From Dehalococcoidia bacterium (GTDB lineage: Bacteria > Chloroflexota > Dehalococcoidia > UBA2979), in assembly GCA_029941115.1 (NCBI GenBank), contig JAPYRK010000002.1:37298-101297 (forward strand): a stretch of DNA of 64,000 bases, in the 5' to 3' direction. The first letter of the stretch is position 1, and each line of letters opens with the position of its first letter. This document shows positions 58,584-64,000 of this stretch, one piece after another. The translations under genes and the position numbers were made by a program. A model generated the notes under the pieces. It was not told where the DNA came from, made no database searches, and saw nothing but the letters and a program-made list of their open reading frames with translations.

Positions 58584-60358
58584 CGTATCTGCTCCTTATG
58601 GTAAGTAACTACTTCATCGCCCTCTTCAAAGGATTCATAGCCGCTCACCGTTATTCCGCACTCCAAGCCAGTTACGACCTCGCGCGCATCGTCACTTTCA
58701 CGCTTCAATGTGTCAAGGTTCGACTCATGTAGCACTGATCCGTCACGTATGACTCGACAAAGAGACCCTCTCAAGACCGAACCCTCGCGAATGTAACAAC
58801 CTGCAATTGCGTTGCGCCTACCCTTTCGAAACACAGCCCTAACCTCAGCAACTCCGTCTTGCCTGTCCTCAAAAATTGGATCTAATAACCCTTGTACAGC
58901 CTTTTCTATATCTCCTACAATATCGTAAATGACAGAATATTCACGAACTTCTATGTGATCTTCCGATGCGAGTTTACGAGCCCCCGGCTCCGAGATGACA
59001 TTAAACGCTATGACAACACCTTGTGAGGCGGTCGCAAGCTGAATATCAGACTCAACTACCGACCCGACAGCAGCATGAATAACTCGGACGTTTACCTCTT
59101 CATGAGACTGTGACTCAAGTACGTGAACTAGTGGCTCAATGGAACCCTGAACATCTGCTTTTACAACAAGATTAAAATCCTTAACATTCCCACGGTGTAT
59201 CTCACCAAACAAAGTATCTAATGTAACCGCCTGCTTAACACCACCAGCATCAGCACCTCGTAATCTGCTATCTGCCTCTAGTCTTGCAGATCTTGAATCC
59301 GCACGAACCTCGAAAACTTCTCCCGCCTGCGGCACGGCGGATAATCCAAGTATCTCAACCGGCGTCGACGGTCCAGCAGACTCGATTTTGTCACCATCCG
59401 ATCCAAACATTGCCTTGATTCGACCGAATGCAGTACCAGCCAACACGATATCGCCCAACCGTAACGTTCCAGTCTGCACTAATAGTGTAGCTGTAACCCC
59501 ACGTTGTCTATCGTTCTTGGCCTCTAAAATAATTCCCTTAGATTCGTTATCTGGATTAGCCTTAAGCTCCTCCAAATCCGCAATTAATAGAACATTTTCA
59601 AGCAAATCCTCAATGCCCAGACCCTCTAACGCCGAAATTTCCACAACGATTTGATCACCCCCAAGATCTTCGGGGAGTAAATCTACCTCAGTTAACTGAC
59701 CTTTGATTTTTGCCGGATCTGAATTAGGTAAATCAACTTTATTTATAGCAATCACCAGTGGTACTTGAGCAGCTTTCACATGAGCAATCGCCTCACGCGT
59801 CTGTTGCATCAAACCATCATCCGCAGCCACAACTACTATGCCTACATCGGTGACATTGGCCCCTCGGGCTCTCATCTGGGTAAAAGCTTCATGGCCCGGA
59901 GTGTCAAGAAATGTAATCACGCGGCCGTCGTTTACTTCTACCTGGTAGGCGCCTATATGCTGCGTGATTCCTCCAGCTTCACTCTGTTGGACATTAGTCG
60001 AGCGAATATGATCGAGAAGCGTGGTTTTTCCATGGTCGACATGGCCCAAAACCGTAACAATTGGGGGTCGAGGTACTGCGTCAGGGTCATTTTCGACTAA
60101 ACGTAAAGATGTCGATTCTGGCCTTGATTCACTATCTGCGTCAGACGCTTCTTCCTCGGCTTCAGTGTCAACACTAAATCCAAAATCTTCAGCAATAATT
60201 GCAGCTGTCTCGAAATCAATAACCTGTACAACAGTCGCCATTACTCCGTTTTGCATTAGGGCCTTGACAACCTCAACTGCAGACGTGTCGAGAATCTCCG
60301 CCAAATCGCGAACTACTATTGCAGACGGAATAATTATCTTCTGCTGGTCAAGTGTCAT
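58580..60358 (-). CDS. infB: translation initiation factor IF-2 (short form)
   Basis: G domain [21 protein letters not shown]; domains II and C-terminal; only 592 aa. Confidence 0.9.
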   Translation of the reverse strand: MTLDQQKIIIPSAIVVRDLAEILDTSAVEVVKALMQNGVMATVVQVIDFETAAIIAEDFGFSVDTEAEEEASDADSESRPESTSLRLVENDPDAVPRPPIVTVLGHVDHGKTTLLDHIRSTNVQQSEAGGITQHIGAYQVEVNDGRVITFLDTPGHEAFTQMRARGANVTDVGIVVVAADDGLMQQTREAIAHVKAAQVPLVIAINKVDLPNSDPAKIKGQLTEVDLLPEDLGGDQIVVEISALEGLGIEDLLENVLLIADLEELKANPDNESKGIILEAKNDRQRGVTATLLVQTGTLRLGDIVLAGTAFGRIKAMFGSDGDKIESAGPSTPVEILGLSAVPQAGEVFEVRADSRSARLEADSRLRGADAGGVKQAVTLDTLFGEIHRGNVKDFNLVVKADVQGSIEPLVHVLESQSHEEVNVRVIHAAVGSVVESDIQLATASQGVVIAFNVISEPGARKLASEDHIEVREYSVIYDIVGDIEKAVQGLLDPIFEDRQDGVAEVRAVFRKGRRNAIAGCYIREGSVLRGSLCRVIRDGSVLHESNLDTLKRESDDAREVVTGLECGITVSGYESFEEGDEVVTYHKEQIR

Positions 60359-60448
60359 CCGTGAATCCGAGCCCTTCTTTGCGGCCTTATATATGTATTC
60401 TATTCAATCTAACTCGTAAAGAATCTTCCATGCGAACCTCTACTAACT

Positions 60449-62032
60449 CTATAGTTCAAACAAATCATCTGCGTCATCGAACAAATCGTCTTCATCCTCA
60501 TCATACTCAAATCGTCGTGATTGAGTCTGCTTTTGCGGACCTCGCTCACCGCTACGCTTGCGACGACTCTGATTTTTCTTGTTTTGTCCACCCGTAGACT
60601 CTTCATCCTCATCTCGTCGAAGCTCGGCAATGTCATCACCAAATCGCAAACCGCCACTCGCTGATTTGTTTTCAGTCGTGGGTTGTTCGCCAACCTTCTG
60701 CGATATAGCACCAGGTTCGACAATCTCGTCTGTTCCACTTTCTTCGTCCGACGCAAAGGCAGCCATAACTTCTTGCTCGGGAGTGAGTTGCTTAACCACT
60801 GACGAATCCACACCAGTACCGTCGGGATGCACTGTGTCCAGTGGTAGCGCATTATCAGTTTGGGTATCTGTTGCTACAACATCTCTACCAAGGTTCGACG
60901 CTGGCGCTGTTCTCACTATAGGAATAGCCTCTAGATTGGGCTCTGGTGGTGGAACTAGATCTGCACCTGACTCCATAATCATGCTTTCTGCATTCAGAGA
61001 CACTCGCCGACCTATAAGTTGAGCCGCAAGACGTGCATTTTGACCTTCTTTTCCAATAGCAAGAGCCATTTGCTTATCCGGAATACCAATATTTACCGTA
61101 TTCTCAGCTTCATCAATACTTATCGAGATAACCTCTGCTGGTGAAATTGTATTGGCAGCGTAAGCCACTTCATTAGGGTCCCACCTGAGGATATCAATTC
61201 GCTCGCCGCCCAGCTCAGTAACAATATTCTGAATTCTTCCACCCCGAGGGCCCACACAAGCACCGATCGGATCTATACCATGTTGACGTGATATCACGGC
61301 TACTTTAGATCTGAATCCTGCATCTCTCGCTACAGCTACTATTTCGACAGTCCCACGAGCAATCTCTGGCACTTCAAGCTCAAATAATCGTTTCAGAACA
61401 TCTGGATGAGATCGCGACACAACTATTTGAGGTCCCTTTGCCGCACGATAAACCTCTTTTATATATACACGAATTCGCTGACCTTGCCTATAGTGCTCAG
61501 GTCTTATTTGCTCCGCCCAAGGCAACACGGCTTCGGCTCTCCCAAGATCGACGATCACTTGCTTTCGGCCACCCTCAACTCTCAAAACAGCTGCTGAAGT
61601 TAGTTCTCCCTCTTTATGAGAAAATTCTTCGAACACGGCTTCCCGTTCCGCTTCACGCAAACCCTGAGATACCACCTGTTTCGCAGTTTGTGCCGCGACC
61701 CGACCTGCCTCGTCTACTCGCTCTTGCTCTATAGACTCAGCTATGAGGTCGCCGACTTTAGCACTAGCAAATCCCATCTCTTTAGCTCGATCTGGAGCAA
61801 CTTCGATTTCGTCGTCCTCAATCTGCTCATAAGGCATTACTTTGTAGACGCGTTCAGCAGTGATATCGGACGTGTCTTCGTTAATTTTTACATTGATCTC
61901 AGCATATTGAAGATCGTCTTTACGAAGCGCCGAAGCTATAGCCGACTCAACTTTAACTAAAACAGTGGACGTATCAAGACCTTTTTGATCCGACACTTGC
62001 TTAATAGCAGTAACTAATTCATTACTTCTCAT
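60449..62032 (-). CDS. nusA: transcription termination/antitermination factor NusA with acidic C-terminal tail
   Basis: S1 and KH domains. The start was chosen at MRSNEL because a GGGGGA SD lies 5 nt upstream; the longer ORF extends to 62098. Confidence 0.85.
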   Translation of the reverse strand: MRSNELVTAIKQVSDQKGLDTSTVLVKVESAIASALRKDDLQYAEINVKINEDTSDITAERVYKVMPYEQIEDDEIEVAPDRAKEMGFASAKVGDLIAESIEQERVDEAGRVAAQTAKQVVSQGLREAEREAVFEEFSHKEGELTSAAVLRVEGGRKQVIVDLGRAEAVLPWAEQIRPEHYRQGQRIRVYIKEVYRAAKGPQIVVSRSHPDVLKRLFELEVPEIARGTVEIVAVARDAGFRSKVAVISRQHGIDPIGACVGPRGGRIQNIVTELGGERIDILRWDPNEVAYAANTISPAEVISISIDEAENTVNIGIPDKQMALAIGKEGQNARLAAQLIGRRVSLNAESMIMESGADLVPPPEPNLEAIPIVRTAPASNLGRDVVATDTQTDNALPLDTVHPDGTGVDSSVVKQLTPEQEVMAAFASDEESGTDEIVEPGAISQKVGEQPTTENKSASGGLRFGDDIAELRRDEDEESTGGQNKKNQSRRKRSGERGPQKQTQSRRFEYDEDEDDLFDDADDLFEL

Positions 62033-62189
62033 TTTTCCCCCAACGACAAAAAATACGCTAGCCCTAAGACTGCGCACACGATCAATCAACCGAGTCACTA
62101 GCTCTATTTGGTATACATTATGTTAGCACTTAAACCGAACTTGCCGCTACGCCGGAACTGTCTTCAGGTATCGACCGAATTCTGCCGAA

Positions 62190-63929
62190 TCAAAGTGCGT
62201 CGAACAGGACCTTGATCTCTTCCTTGATATGGTTCACAGTACTGTCCCGAGCAACATGACTAATCTCATCAGAGTATCTGTTGGAAACCTCAACCATGCC
62301 TTCTTTCTGGTTTCGGGTCGATACCGTTAATCGAATCGGGTTCCCTATCAAGTCCGCGTCATTGAACATCACTCCGGGGCGCAGGCCCCGATCATCAAAC
62401 AGAACTTCTACTCCCGCCTCTGTTAACTCTCGATAAAGAAGCTCGGCATCTTCACGAATTGATTCATCTTTATCAAATCCAAGAGCCACTAAAGAACAAT
62501 GGTACGGCGCGATCGAGATTGGCCACCTGAGCCCATTTTCATTGATCCCTACCTCTGACGCAGCAGCAAAAATACGCCCAACACCAATTCCGTAACAACC
62601 CATCGTCGGCGTAATTGAGTTACCTGTTGAATCTTGTACCACTACTCCCAATGCATCTGAATATCTTTGGCCTACCCTAAATATATGGCCCATCTCAACG
62701 CCTCGAGAAAGACTTAACTCACCACTAGAACAACACCTACATCGGGCACCCGCGATAACCTCGGCAATATCCGCCGTGATGGACGCCTCCCAATCACGCC
62801 CATAATTCGAGTTCTTATAGTGCCAATCTTTCTGATTACCGCCGGCAACCAAATTCCGAGCGGTAATCACCGATTCGTCGGCTACAACTTGAGCCAAACT
62901 TTCTAGCTGGACTGCAGACATAAATCCAGGAGTTAATCCTAGACTCAACAATTCATCTTCCCCTAACGGCCTAAGATTCACGCCACCTAAGACATTTGAC
63001 AGTTTCACTTCACTAATTTCGAGATCGCCCCTCACAATAGAAAGAATTGGAATCTCACTGCCACCGTTATGCGGGATTGCCATGTACATAACGGCTTTTG
63101 CTGTTTGCCTATTCTCTATACCTAGGGAAGCTGATAACTCAGCAATAGTTGTTGAATTTGGCGTCTCGATTTTTTCGAGGCCTAACATTGGCTCCTCGCT
63201 AAAATTTTCCCTTAGAAATTCGGCCTTTTCTAGATTTGCGGCGTAACTACAGTTGTCGCACTGAGCTATCGTATCCTCCCCATTTTCAGATAAAAAAATA
63301 AACTCTTGTGATCCTTTGCCACCTATTGCACCTGAATCCGCATCTACCGGCACAACAGGCACTCCGCAACGCGAAAAGATTTTTTCGTATGAATCAAACA
63401 TTGTTTGATAGGAGGTACTTAAGTCGTCATCAGTTAAATCAAAGGAATACGCATCCTTCATCGTAAATTCTTTGACTCGAACAAGTCCGCCTCGAGGTCT
63501 AGCTTCATCCCGGAATTTTGTCTGTATTTGGTAAAGAGTCAATGGCAAATCTCGATAAGAAAAGATAAATTTTCCTAACAGGTCAGTTACCACTTCCTCG
63601 TGGGTAGGTCCCAACACCAAAGCCCTAGATCTTCTATCTGTTAGCTGAAAAAGTACTTCGCCCATCGTGGCAGATCTGCCAGATTGATCCCAAAGCTGGA
63701 GAGGCTGCAGAGCCGGCATTAGTATCTCTTGGGCACCAGCCGAATCCATCTCATTCCTAATTATATTTTCAATTTTCAGACGCACGCGATTACCAAGCGG
63801 CAAGAACGAGTACACACCTGACATAAGTTGCGAGACAAATCCAGCCCTGATCAAGAGCGCATGTGATTCAGTGTCAGCATCGCTCGGCTGCTCACGCAAA
63901 GTCTTTCCAAATAATTGAGACATTCTCAT
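62190..63929 (-). CDS. proS: proline--tRNA ligase (bacterial type with editing domain)
   Basis: Class II motifs and an INS editing domain. The start MRMSQ has a GGGAG SD 7 nt upstream and aligns with the E. coli ProS N-terminus; the longer ORF extends to 63962. Confidence 0.85.
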   Translation of the reverse strand: MRMSQLFGKTLREQPSDADTESHALLIRAGFVSQLMSGVYSFLPLGNRVRLKIENIIRNEMDSAGAQEILMPALQPLQLWDQSGRSATMGEVLFQLTDRRSRALVLGPTHEEVVTDLLGKFIFSYRDLPLTLYQIQTKFRDEARPRGGLVRVKEFTMKDAYSFDLTDDDLSTSYQTMFDSYEKIFSRCGVPVVPVDADSGAIGGKGSQEFIFLSENGEDTIAQCDNCSYAANLEKAEFLRENFSEEPMLGLEKIETPNSTTIAELSASLGIENRQTAKAVMYMAIPHNGGSEIPILSIVRGDLEISEVKLSNVLGGVNLRPLGEDELLSLGLTPGFMSAVQLESLAQVVADESVITARNLVAGGNQKDWHYKNSNYGRDWEASITADIAEVIAGARCRCCSSGELSLSRGVEMGHIFRVGQRYSDALGVVVQDSTGNSITPTMGCYGIGVGRIFAAASEVGINENGLRWPISIAPYHCSLVALGFDKDESIREDAELLYRELTEAGVEVLFDDRGLRPGVMFNDADLIGNPIRLTVSTRNQKEGMVEVSNRYSDEISHVARDSTVNHIKEEIKVLFDAL

Positions 63930-64000
63930 ATTTATCTCCCTGGCAGCTAGTTTACAAAACATCCTGCTTTATGCGAGCTATACAGAACCCCTAAAACCAA

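Noticed and set aside
1-64000. CRISPR arrays, IS elements, integrases, phage or toxin-antitoxin modules
   Set aside because: There are no regularly spaced direct repeats and no transposase or integrase-like ORFs. Intergenic space is minimal, and the window appears to be stable core chromosome.

Overview
This 64 kb window looks like chromosomal core DNA from a moderate-GC bacterium (about 45% by eye), with about 92% coding and short intergenic gaps. No rRNA, tRNA, CRISPR array or obvious mobile element was found. Several gene sets resemble Actinomycetota, although this is inference from gene content only. The clearest is a phosphatidylinositol / PI-mannoside-like lipid cluster (ino1, two PatA-like acyltransferases, a PHP phosphoesterase, a PimA-like GT4, and a PgsA1-like CDP-alcohol phosphatidyltransferase). 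A second is a mycobacterial-type FAS-II arrangement: acpS-nnr-fabD-KAS-KAS, a HadA/HadB-like MaoC dehydratase pair, and a third KAS paralog. A third is an amt-glnK-glnD nitrogen operon. Housekeeping operons are also present: proS / nusA-infB-rbfA-truB, prfB with its programmed +1 frameshift, folD, tyrS, ribF, recJ, murB, proB, argC, folC, scpA and scpB. Other notable genes are an archaeal-type bifunctional FBP aldolase/phosphatase and an AroH-type chorismate mutase next to a lone trpA. There is also a crotonyl-CoA carboxylase/reductase homolog, and an orphan Dam-like methyltransferase at the end of a hydroxy-acid catabolic operon. A divergent YqeC-like / MobA(YgfJ)-like pair sits at the window edge (selenium-dependent molybdenum hydroxylase maturation). 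All functional calls are from reading motifs by eye without database searches, so exact boundaries and family assignments are provisional.
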